Below, one piece after another: positions 18,994-27,394 of a stretch of 64,000 bases of DNA. Source of the stretch: Verrucomicrobiales bacterium (lineage in GTDB: Bacteria > Verrucomicrobiota > Verrucomicrobiia > Verrucomicrobiales > V1-33). The position numbers and the translations under genes were made by a program. Where the stretch lies: the NCBI GenBank assembly GCA_031411295.1, contig JANOAV010000157.1, positions 32,001 to 96,000 of the forward strand, given 5' to 3'. The notes under the pieces are model-generated. The model did not search any database, was not told the origin of the DNA, and was given only the letters and a program-made list of their open reading frames with translations. Numbering within the stretch: position 1 is the first letter of the stretch; each line of letters begins with the position of its first letter.

Positions 18994-21558
18994 TTACGGC
19001 AGCGGCACGGCACTGGCGGCTTTGTCCACCAGTTGGAGAAACTCACCGCGGTAACCTTCGGCATCTTCTCCTTTGCCAGCCTTGGCCATGGTGCGGATCA
19101 TTTCCCAGTTCAGGTTTCCCACTTGCTTGGAGCCTCGGAGCAACAAGCCGTAGCCAGCCACGGCGGTGGCGAATTGGAAGTCTCCAGGAGCACTGGCCAC
19201 GGCGGCGTTTTTGTCCATCACCGGGAGTTCCATGAGTTGGGAAACGTCGGCATCCGGGGCTTTGTAGCGCAGTTTCACCGTCATGATTTCCGGGCTGTCT
19301 GGCCGGGCGACTGGCTTATCTTCAGCCTTGGCCACTGGTTGATACTTCAGGGGATCGACTGGTGGGACCTCGGCAGGGGCATCGGTGGGCGTGATCTCAT
19401 AGAGCGCGGTCACGGTGTGGCCTGCGCCCATTTCGCCTGCATCCTTCTTGTCGTCATTGAAGTCTTCCTTCGCCAGCATCCGATTCTCATAGCCCAGAAG
19501 CTTGTAGCTGCGGACTTTGCCGGGGTTGAATTCAATCTGGATTTTCACATCCTTGGCCACCGTCACTAACGTGCTGGACATCTCCTCGGAGAGCACCTTG
19601 CGGGCTTCGCCCAGACTGTCTATGTAGGCGTAGTTGCCGTTACCTTTGTCCGCCAGGGTTTCCATGGTGCTGTCCTTGAGATTACCCATGCCATAGCCTA
19701 ACACACTGAGGAAGACTCCGGATTTGGCTTCTTTCTCGATCAAACTCTGCAGTCCCTCACGATCCGAGATGCCCACATTGAAATCGCCATCGGTGGCCAG
19801 GATGACGCGGTTCACGCCTTCCTTGAGAAACTCCTTCCGCGCCATTTCGTAAGCCAGCGTGATCCCGCCAGCACCATTGGTGGAGCCGCCGGGCTGGAGG
19901 TTATCGATGGCACCCAGGATTGCTTTCTTATTTTCGCCATGGGTTGGTGGCAGGACCACACCGGAGGCTCCGGCATAGACGACGATGGACACGCGGTCGT
20001 TCTCGGAGAGTTTATCCACCAGCAGTTTCAGGCTTTGTTTCACCAGCGGCAGCTTGTTAGGTTCGTTCATGGAGCCGGATACATCCAGCAGGAACACGAG
20101 GTTGGCCTTGGGCCGGGTTTCATCCACGCGGGCCTTGAGGGCCACTCGTGCCAACCGATGATATTCATTCCATGGACAGACCACCAGATCCGCCGTGAGC
20201 GAGCAAGGTTTCCCCGCTTCTGGGGCGGGATAGGCATAGCGGAAATAGTTCACCAATTCTTCCACGCGCACCGCTTCGCCCGGTGGCCGTTGCCCCATGT
20301 TCAGGAAACGTCGCACGTTGGCGTAGGAGGCCGTATCCACGTCGATGGAGAAGGTGGAGAGAGGTTCTGCGGCCACTTGCTTGAAGGGATTCTCCGGCGG
20401 GGCGATGTAGGATTCCGAGCCGGGCTGAGCAGGCTGTAGCCCGGGTTTGGGTTGGACGCGATAGCGGAGTTCATCAGTTGATCTATATAGGTCAGCACTA
20501 TAATCCCTGGCTTCCTTGTTTCGGGTTGATTCAGCTTCCAAGGATAGCGTGCCTGTGACCACTCCAGCACGCCCAAGCCCACGGCCATCCCCCTCCATCT
20601 CTGCATCCAATAGCGATGCCTTCGCCTTGGCCAATGGTTGATTTTGCGCGATAGTCCCGCCGTCGGCAGGTTTACCGGGCATCGCTCCAGAATAAGTCGC
20701 GAGGGGTCTCGCTACAGCGAAAGGCGTGGGCGCAGCCGTGGCCACTTCCGGGGTTGGTTGCGATTCGCTCATTCGCTCTGCTGGCTTACCACCAGCTGGG
20801 GGAGCGTCTGATAGCAGGCTACCCTCAACCGCGAGGCCTTTTTCCCGCCTGCCTCTTGGTGAATCGCTAGTCGGGGCGGTGGCTACCATGGGACCAGAAA
20901 TTGGTGCCGCGGCGGCATCGGCTTTCTTGGCGTCGGTTGCATATAAACTCGCTGCTGCGGCTGTCAATGGGGCCGGGGCCACCGCATCAACTTCCTCCAA
21001 CTTTTTCTCTGCGATTTGATTCCCGAGCTTCGCAATCGCGGTATCGCCACTGGTGCGGGCTGCAGGCAACGGCATCACCGAACGTGCCATCCGATCCTCG
21101 GAAGGCGCAGCTGCCTTGGACCTCGTTTCAGGGTTATCCGTCGCAACCTGACTGCCGCGCCCGCCACCACCGCCTGGGAGAAACTCTCCTGGAGTAGTGC
21201 TCGATTCCACCGCCACCTCGCTATGCTTCCCAGGGGCATACGGCCAGATCAACCATGCCGCTACCGCTGCGGCCGCTCCGGCACCTGCCCAGAGGGGCCA
21301 GCGGAATTTGTGCACCACGTTAGCAGGTGGTAAATTTTCAGCGATGACTTGCTTTTGCTCCGCGCTTAGCCCGGCTCCGCCCTTGGCTTCGGGCGTGGCC
21401 AGTGTGGTGCTGAGCAGTTCACAGAAGGCACGGGTTTCCTCGGCGGTGGCCGCTTCCGCTGGGGATTCCGCGAGGAGGAGGGACAGTTCGTCGGCCGCAT
21501 CCGGCGGCAATTCGTTCAAGGCGTAGGCCGTGAGGTCTGAAGGAGAAATGGATTTCAT
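18994..21558 (-). CDS. YfbK-like von Willebrand factor A protein (vWA + DUF3520-like C-terminus) with N-terminal anti-sigma-like domain and TM helix
   Basis: STFSIDVDTASY, LVFLLDVSGSM (MIDAS), ILATDGDFNVG, AKDVKIQIEFNP; N-terminal LTAYALNEL followed by TM WAGAGAAAAVAAWLIW. Confidence 0.9.
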   Translation of the reverse strand: MKSISPSDLTAYALNELPPDAADELSLLLAESPAEAATAEETRAFCELLSTTLATPEAKGGAGLSAEQKQVIAENLPPANVVHKFRWPLWAGAGAAAAVAAWLIWPYAPGKHSEVAVESSTTPGEFLPGGGGGRGSQVATDNPETRSKAAAPSEDRMARSVMPLPAARTSGDTAIAKLGNQIAEKKLEEVDAVAPAPLTAAAASLYATDAKKADAAAAPISGPMVATAPTSDSPRGRREKGLAVEGSLLSDAPPAGGKPAERMSESQPTPEVATAAPTPFAVARPLATYSGAMPGKPADGGTIAQNQPLAKAKASLLDAEMEGDGRGLGRAGVVTGTLSLEAESTRNKEARDYSADLYRSTDELRYRVQPKPGLQPAQPGSESYIAPPENPFKQVAAEPLSTFSIDVDTASYANVRRFLNMGQRPPGEAVRVEELVNYFRYAYPAPEAGKPCSLTADLVVCPWNEYHRLARVALKARVDETRPKANLVFLLDVSGSMNEPNKLPLVKQSLKLLVDKLSENDRVSIVVYAGASGVVLPPTHGENKKAILGAIDNLQPGGSTNGAGGITLAYEMARKEFLKEGVNRVILATDGDFNVGISDREGLQSLIEKEAKSGVFLSVLGYGMGNLKDSTMETLADKGNGNYAYIDSLGEARKVLSEEMSSTLVTVAKDVKIQIEFNPGKVRSYKLLGYENRMLAKEDFNDDKKDAGEMGAGHTVTALYEITPTDAPAEVPPVDPLKYQPVAKAEDKPVARPDSPEIMTVKLRYKAPDADVSQLMELPVMDKNAAVASAPGDFQFATAVAGYGLLLRGSKQVGNLNWEMIRTMAKAGKGEDAEGYRGEFLQLVDKAASAVPLP

Positions 21559-21608
21559 ATTGAAATAAGAGAGTTAGAAAATAAAAAAGTTAGAAAACGA
21601 GAAGCTAG

Positions 21609-22151
21609 TTAGGCTTGGGCGGCTTCGTAGGAGCTGCGCAGGGCCGCTACGGCGGTGTGGATGAGCCAGCCGACGGTGCCGACGGTGTGGCCCGTGGCGG
21701 CGGCTATTTCCTTGTAGGAGAGGCCGGCTTCGAATTTGAGCTTGATCACCGCCTGCTGGTCCGGCGGGAGGTGAGTGACCAAGGAGCGAATCTGGGAGGC
21801 AGTGTCCTTAGCCTCCAGCGCGGAATCCGGGGCGGCGGCAGGTTCCGGCAGAGCTTCTAACATGAGGGTATCCATGGGAGTGAGACGTTTGTTTTTGCGC
21901 TGCCAATCAATAATGCGATGGCGGCAGGTGGTGAAAAGCCAGGCGGCTAAATTTTCTACATCCCCATCCCGTGGCGGCTTGCCGGACTTGGTGAGGCGCA
22001 GAAAGGTGTCCTGCACGGCATCCCGCGCCTGTTCCCAGTCTCCACATAAATTGTGCGCAAAGCGAATGAGCGGTCGCTCAAAGCGCTCCAGGGCCGCAAG
22101 GACCCAGTGCGTGGCAAGATTGGTAGATTCAGTAGGTGGCAGGCTTGACAT
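21609..22151 (-). CDS. ECF-type RNA polymerase sigma factor
   Basis: ARDAVQDTFLRL, AWLFTTCRHRIID, and region 4 LPPDQQAVIKLKFEAGLSYKEIA. Confidence 0.93.
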   Translation of the reverse strand: MSSLPPTESTNLATHWVLAALERFERPLIRFAHNLCGDWEQARDAVQDTFLRLTKSGKPPRDGDVENLAAWLFTTCRHRIIDWQRKNKRLTPMDTLMLEALPEPAAAPDSALEAKDTASQIRSLVTHLPPDQQAVIKLKFEAGLSYKEIAAATGHTVGTVGWLIHTAVAALRSSYEAAQA

Positions 22152-22486
22152 GTTGATGTGCAGTTATCAGGTCAAACGCGCCAACGAAAGCTTTCTTGGA
22201 AAATAATTGGGAAATTTTTGGAGCCCGAAACTAATGGGGACCGGGGCACAATCCTGTCCGTTTTCATCCCGCTCTGATTGCCGCTGTTAACTCCAGTTCA
22301 AGAATCGGGATCAGGAATCAGGCACAAATGCTGGACGGAAGTGGACTGATGGGCTAGATTTACGGCAATAACCACCCCGCCATGAGCAACTCCATTCACG
22401 ACACTGACCTGCCGGGCACGGGTTTTCCTTTGCTTGCTTTTATCATATTCATTTACAGTGCAAAATTTATGCGATACAAATTCTTC

Positions 22487-23173
22487 ATGCGACAAGCGAA
22501 AGCATTTTTACATTTACTTCTCATTCCAATATGCTTGACGTCGGCATTTTCCTCCGAACGACCAACGTTTACACAAGAGTTCGAGAGGCACCTGCGTCTT
22601 GCTGATCAGCACGATGGGACCAAAGTTGGTTATGCCGCCGCGATGGACGTTTTGGTGAACTGGGCAAACCAACAGCCTGCTGCGTCCCATGCGAAGTATA
22701 CCAAATCTTTAGCAAACACACCTTGGTTGCAATTGACTAAAATGCAACGCCGGGCATTCGTTTTCTACGTCTACGACTGGGGGGGAAATCATCTTGCAGC
22801 TCCAGTTCTAGCGTCGTTGATCGCCAAGGGATTTAGCCGCTATTACACACAGGCACCATATCTCTATTTGTTGGCGATATTTCGTGACGTAGAAAGTGTT
22901 CTCATTCTGCAAACCGCACTTTTGCAAACGACAGACAAAAGCATAGAATCGCACTTACTGTTGGAGTTGATAAACGGAATCGGCCCTGATGCGGTTGGCC
23001 TTACTTCGGAGAAGGCTGCAGCACTTGCTAAAACAGGGATAACGGGTCAGGCCAAAGTCCGCTGTTGCCAGAAAATGCGAGATTGGGTCAAAATCAATCA
23101 AGGTCAAGTCGAACGAAATGATGCCTACGCAGGACCGAGGAAAGAGGGCACATTATTTAAACCAAAGCCATGA
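22487..23173 (+). CDS. Hypothetical exported protein
   Basis: ORF with signal-like start MRQAKAFLHLLLIPICLTSAFS; visibly lower GC than flanks. Start could also be 22469 or 22382. Confidence 0.6.
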   Translation: MRQAKAFLHLLLIPICLTSAFSSERPTFTQEFERHLRLADQHDGTKVGYAAAMDVLVNWANQQPAASHAKYTKSLANTPWLQLTKMQRRAFVFYVYDWGGNHLAAPVLASLIAKGFSRYYTQAPYLYLLAIFRDVESVLILQTALLQTTDKSIESHLLLELINGIGPDAVGLTSEKAAALAKTGITGQAKVRCCQKMRDWVKINQGQVERNDAYAGPRKEGTLFKPKP

Positions 23174-23219
23174 GCCAATCGCAGCGCCAGACTAGGTGTT
23201 TGACGAATTATGAGACAAG

Positions 23220-23447
23220 TTGACGAATTATGGGACACCGCTCTGTCTCATCGGTGCTTTCATGGGGATTCTCCTGGTGTTAGGCGAGCTACGAATGCTG
23301 TGCCCGTTCTGCGGCAAGAGTGGTCGTGTCGGCGGGAACAAGCACGATGGGATGTGGATGGAGTGCGAGTCATGCGGCTTTATTCACGGCAGCGGCCCGT
23401 TGCCACTGAAGCTTGTGCGAGAAGAAATTGACGATGACGAAACCTAG
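23220..23447 (+). CDS. Small zinc-ribbon protein, probably 5'-truncated
   Basis: Hydrophobic stretch, then CPFCG...CESCG; starts at a TTG inside a tandem duplication. Confidence 0.5.
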   Translation: MTNYGTPLCLIGAFMGILLVLGELRMLCPFCGKSGRVGGNKHDGMWMECESCGFIHGSGPLPLKLVREEIDDDET

Positions 23448-23660
23448 CAAATTAAGCTATCATTTGGCGATAGCCCGCCTTTCGTTCGATTTGCAAGGCT
23501 CTCCGCGTTCTCTGCGGTAAATTGTTGACCATCACGCGCATCTGCGGCTAAAATCCGGCAAAGTTCATCTATGAAATCACTACCCCGCGCAACAACTTGC
23601 CTATAAAGAAGCTCGGCAACAATCGACACTTCTGTCGGTGATCAACTAGTTCGCCCAACT

Positions 23661-24274
23661 ATGAAACGCATCGCCATCATCATCCTAGCTTTCGCCTTCT
23701 CTAGTTGCTCAGTTCCGGTTGTCGAGAAGTCATCCGAACCAGTCATTGCCGGGGATTCCACCGTCGAGGTCGCCCGGCTTTCTCTACCAGAGAGAGCGGT
23801 GATTCAAGCTGTGCTTGAGCATGAGGCACAGGGACATAAGGAATCGAGTGCGGTCATCATTTGTCGTCTACTTCGTCCGCAGGCTTGCTCATGGACTGTC
23901 TTGGCGATGATGATGCATCAGATCAGATAGATGTTTCTGCGATTCGTAGCTTCACACAGGCGAACCGCCGTGGTTATCGGTGGCCACACGACTTGGGCAG
24001 CAGGTATGACCTTCACTTTCTAACTCCTGAGCAGTCGAAAGAGATTTTGAGGGATCAAGATGGCTGGGATCGGTTTTATCGTTTGTTCCCGAAGGCCCAC
24101 GGACACACCACAATTTCTCGGGCTGGGTTCTCCTCTGACGGTCGAGTTGCCTTGGTCTATCGAGGCTGTCAGAGCGAGTGGTTAGCAGGGAGCGGACAGA
24201 TCTATGTATTGCGCCTTGAGCGTGGCAGATGGAAGGTCACTCATGAGCATGTTGGAGGCATGTGGGTGTCATGA
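23661..24274 (+). pseudogene. Frameshifted lipoprotein gene (split into 23661-23930 and 23861-24274)
   Basis: Lipobox start MKRIAIIILAFAFSSC. Adding one T at ATCATTTGTCG (about 23860) joins it to the protein-like frame ending ISRAGFSSDGRVALVY..GRWKV..WVS. Confidence 0.65.
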
Positions 24275-24386
24275 GCGGCACACATTTACAAACAAGGACG
24301 AATGCTTCGGATGCAGGCAGCGGCTCGTATGGCATCTGTCGCAGAAATGTCAGGCGCTCCCCTTGGGCCAAGTAGAATGTTAGTCT

Positions 24387-24908
24387 ATGAATTCTGAACT
24401 GCTACGCATCACTTCCGAATCGAATACCAAGTCAGCTTACTTGTCGGCGTTTGGTTGCGCTGCTGCGTCAATCGGGTTCCTATCGGTAGCATTTTTCCCT
24501 GAGCATAACGATGCGGGCGTGGGACTAGTTGCCGGCATCGTCGGAGTTCTCCTTATTGCTGTTTTCCTTGACATACTCTACGGGCTGGTTTTCCCATTTC
24601 AGAGCGAATTTGTGATCGAAACCCATGCCCTCCGACATGGCCTTGTTGCTCAGCGCTTGCGCCAGCGTCTAGTTCGTCGATCTGAGATCAAATGTTTGAT
24701 CCTGGATGACGGCCCAGATGAGTCGCTCTGCATGAATATCGGCAAATCGTTGTCACCTCCCCTAACTCCGGGAATCCTTAGCCGGGCAGACCTAATGGTG
24801 GAGGTAGCCAAAGCGATCCGACTCAATTGGCCAGAAGTCCCAGTTTACAACCGGGAGGAATATCAGAATTTGTGTCGAGCTAAGCTTAACCGCACACCAA
24901 GAACTTAA
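24387..24908 (+). CDS. Hypothetical membrane protein (two TM helices)
   Basis: Two N-terminal hydrophobic segments; ATG lies one base after the attC-like core GTTAGTC. Confidence 0.65.
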   Translation: MNSELLRITSESNTKSAYLSAFGCAAASIGFLSVAFFPEHNDAGVGLVAGIVGVLLIAVFLDILYGLVFPFQSEFVIETHALRHGLVAQRLRQRLVRRSEIKCLILDDGPDESLCMNIGKSLSPPLTPGILSRADLMVEVAKAIRLNWPEVPVYNREEYQNLCRAKLNRTPRT

Positions 24909-24929
24909 CGACGCATCTTCAATCACCTA

Positions 24930-25058
24930 GCCGAACAAAAACGCGGCAGGGCCACCACCATCCTTCCCACTGATTTTTATGTCTTGTTTGAACTTTCATC
25001 ACTCCCAGCTTCGCTCAAGCGCTCTCTCAGAGGGAGTGCCTGTCCTCTAACGCTAGGC
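24930..25058 (+). other. attC-like site (degenerate)
   Basis: GCCGAAC..GGCAGGGCCAC ... GTGCCTGTCC..GCTAGGC: imperfect inverted ends spanning 129 bp between two ORFs. Confidence 0.55.
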
Positions 25059-25068
25059 GCATTTGCAT

Positions 25069-25515
25069 ATGAGCACTCCAAAAGAACCCACCGCAGATCC
25101 CTTCCGCCTCCAAGCGTTAGCCAAGACCGTCAGCGACATCTTGCGGCAGCGTTTCGGCACCAAGCAGTTCTATACCGCTGACGAGGTCGAGTCAGCCTGC
25201 AACCAGTGTCACGTTCCGGTATCGGTCCGCGAGTATGCCGTGGCTATGTTTGTCGAACCGGAGCAGACCCAAGGCTTCCTCCAGAAACTCGGTTCCTCGA
25301 AAACCGCCATCGAACTGCGGAAGTTTCTCGCCGGGCAGATTTTTTTCGATTCCCTGCCCGATGTATCATACGGCAGCAGCACAAACGACTTTCAGGACAC
25401 CGGAGATTCCCACGGACGCGGTTCCGACAGATTCGAGGGCTCAGGCTCCGACCACGGCGGACGTGGCGACTACAATGGCGATCACGATTCAGGCGGGGAC
25501 GACGGAGGTGATTAG
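25069..25515 (+). CDS. Hypothetical protein with Gly/Asp-rich tail (DUF6559-like by recollection)
   Basis: LRQRFGTKQFYTADEV N-terminus; tail GSGSDHGGRGDYNGDHDSGGDDGGD. Confidence 0.6.
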   Translation: MSTPKEPTADPFRLQALAKTVSDILRQRFGTKQFYTADEVESACNQCHVPVSVREYAVAMFVEPEQTQGFLQKLGSSKTAIELRKFLAGQIFFDSLPDVSYGSSTNDFQDTGDSHGRGSDRFEGSGSDHGGRGDYNGDHDSGGDDGGD

Positions 25516-25615
25516 TAATTCGACCAATGGGCCGAACAGGCGCTGCAGCGAATAAGGGTAAGACGGGCCAGGCTCAATGCCAATTTGCGCAGCACCACCA
25601 GGACATAGGCGGTCT

Positions 25616-25708
25616 ACGCCAACGGCGTTTCGTCCTTCAGCCCAAGGGTTGCCCGGGCACGGGCTACCCTGGGAAATCGAGGTTGCAGTGATGAACCGCA
25701 ACGCGGTT
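25616..25708. repeat. REP-like cluster of three hairpins
   Basis: ACGCC-AAC-GGCGT; CCCAAGGGTTGCCCG-GGCA-CGGGCTACCCTGGG; AACCGC-AAC-GCGGTT. Confidence 0.7.
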
Positions 25709-25846
25709 CCGGCTGTTCGGGCGCGAGGAAAGCACTGCGGATGGTGCTGAGCCACGATCTCACTCGGGTTAGGATCAGCTCTCAATTTCCCGGCGGAACT
25801 GCCACTTGGTTGTTGCAATGCGGGGCTAGTGTGGTTTGCTGAGGCC

Positions 25847-26098
25847 ATGAGTATTATGAGTTTGGATTCACTAATGTCTCCAGTCGCGGAATGCATGGAT
25901 GAGGCGTCATTGCGTGCTCTGATTGAACTGCGCGCGACCCCGGCTGCTGCCGAGCGCGTGGCTTGGCTGGCTGATCGGGTGAATGAAGGAGAGGCTTCCG
26001 CTGAGGAACGCGCAGAATACGAAAGCTGTGTCATGTTCGCCAGCTTCCTCGGAGTGCTGCAATCGAAGGCGCGACGGAAATTTCAGGCGGCATCCTAA
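25847..26098 (+). CDS. Small helical protein, putative partner/antitoxin of the HNH nuclease
   Basis: About 83 aa, LADRVNEGEASAEERAEYE...LQSKARR; stops 1 nt before the HNH ATG. Confidence 0.65.
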   Translation: MSIMSLDSLMSPVAECMDEASLRALIELRATPAAAERVAWLADRVNEGEASAEERAEYESCVMFASFLGVLQSKARRKFQAAS

Positions 26099-26099
26099 A

Positions 26100-26498
26100 A
26101 TGCCAGTGTTGATAGTGAGCCGTCGGTTGGTGAAGGAGCGTTCGGGAATGCGTTGCGAATACTGTCGCATGGCGGAAGCATGGGAACCGTTCTTCCCTTT
26201 TCATGTCGAACACATTCGTGCGCGCCAGCACAAGGGAGCGGATACGCCAGACAATCTCGCCTATGCGTGCAACCATTGTAATTTATTCAAAGGCCCCAAT
26301 CTCACCAGTATTGACCCGGATACAGGCTTGCTAACCCCATTGTTTAACCCTCGACTGCAACTGTGGTCGGAGCATTTTGTGAATCAACAGGGCAGAGTGT
26401 TTGGACTTACCCCAGTTGGCCGCACCACTGTTTTTTTGATGCAAATGAACGTTCCGCATCGCGTGGAGTTGAGATTGGAAAATGCGGCTAAATGGTAG
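26100..26498 (+). CDS. HNH endonuclease
   Basis: RCEYC, FHVEHI, NLAYACNHCNLFKG and LFNPR..WSEHF; ATG at 26100. Confidence 0.9.
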   Translation: MPVLIVSRRLVKERSGMRCEYCRMAEAWEPFFPFHVEHIRARQHKGADTPDNLAYACNHCNLFKGPNLTSIDPDTGLLTPLFNPRLQLWSEHFVNQQGRVFGLTPVGRTTVFLMQMNVPHRVELRLENAAKW

Positions 26499-26564
26499 CG
26501 TGACTTGTGCATTCTGCCCTGTCGCCACTAAATTCCTCAGCGCCCCTGGGTCCTCGCACTGCCG

Positions 26565-27077
26565 CTACAGCAGCCCATCCGAAGGATCGCGCAGGCTGGC
26601 CATCGCTTGCACCATGGCCCTCAGTTCTGCCCGGCTATACTGCTGCCGGATTTTTGCGATCTCCGCCGAAGCCAGGCCGTCGCAACGCTCGTTGCCGGCA
26701 TTTCCCGCGTGGCCCTTGACCCAACGCCAATCGATCTGATGCTTGACCGTAGCCGCGTCCAGCGCCTTCCAGAGGTCCACATTCTTCACGGGCTGGCGGT
26801 TGGAGGTGATCCACCCCTTGCGTTTCCAACCATGAATCCATTTCGTGACGCCTTCCCGTAAATATTGCGAGTCGGTGAACAAGATGACCCGACATGGCTC
26901 CTTAAGCCGCTGGAGTGCCCCGATGGCAGCCGAGAGTTCCATGCGATTGTTCGTCGTGGCCGGTTCGCCTCCGCTCATTTCCAAGCGATGCTGCCCCGAG
27001 AGCAACACGGCCCCCCACCCCCCTGGACCAGGGTTCCCTTCGCATCCGCCGTCGGTATAGATCGTGACTTCTTTCAT
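26565..27077 (-). CDS. rnhA: Ribonuclease HI
   Basis: [30 protein letters not shown] and [15 protein letters not shown]; start at the ATG at 27077. Confidence 0.97.
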   Translation of the reverse strand: MKEVTIYTDGGCEGNPGPGGWGAVLLSGQHRLEMSGGEPATTNNRMELSAAIGALQRLKEPCRVILFTDSQYLREGVTKWIHGWKRKGWITSNRQPVKNVDLWKALDAATVKHQIDWRWVKGHAGNAGNERCDGLASAEIAKIRQQYSRAELRAMVQAMASLRDPSDGLL

Positions 27078-27394
27078 ATTTAAATTTTGAGCACTGACGA
27101 TGAGACCTCCTCCCGCAGGCGGCAAGCAAAACCACACGTTGACGAAAGTGGGATCACTCCGCTCGACTGGTCCCCCACGCCACCCCACGCCTCCTTTCCA
27201 TTCCGTCTCCGCGGCGTCATGGAATGGACGAAAAATTCCCTCTGGAAATGTCACTTGATTCTCAGCGGCTTCATCGGACAATTTCCCTTTCCTCGCCTGC
27301 TCCCGGCAGATTTTCTGCTTTAATGTCTTCAGGCGCTGTGAGTCGGCTCATTCTTTCCCGCTCACCGTTCCTTCGTTTCATCTCCCTCCCATCC

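Larger units (their letters stand above)
23198..25550 (+). mobile_element. Degenerate integron-like gene-cassette array with attC-like remnants; no integrase in window (CALIN-like)
   Basis: Co-oriented short unrelated ORFs, each preceded by a GTT-type core: GTTTGAC 23198, GTTCGCC 23649, GTTAGTC 24379, GCTAGGC 25052. Inverse cores GACGAAT 24297, GCCGAAC 24930 and GCCGAAC 25531 lie shortly after stop codons. Confidence 0.6.

Noticed and set aside
21572..21597. Short AGTTAGAAAA direct repeat between the sigma and vWA genes
   Set aside because: Only two 10-bp copies in an A-rich spacer; insufficient evidence of function.
23198..25550. CRISPR array
   Set aside because: No identical regularly spaced repeats and no cas genes; the intervals are whole ORFs.
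27078..27394. N-terminal extensions of rnhA and sucA given in the ORF track
   Set aside because: They overlap each other and lack family similarity; this is more likely a divergent intergenic region.
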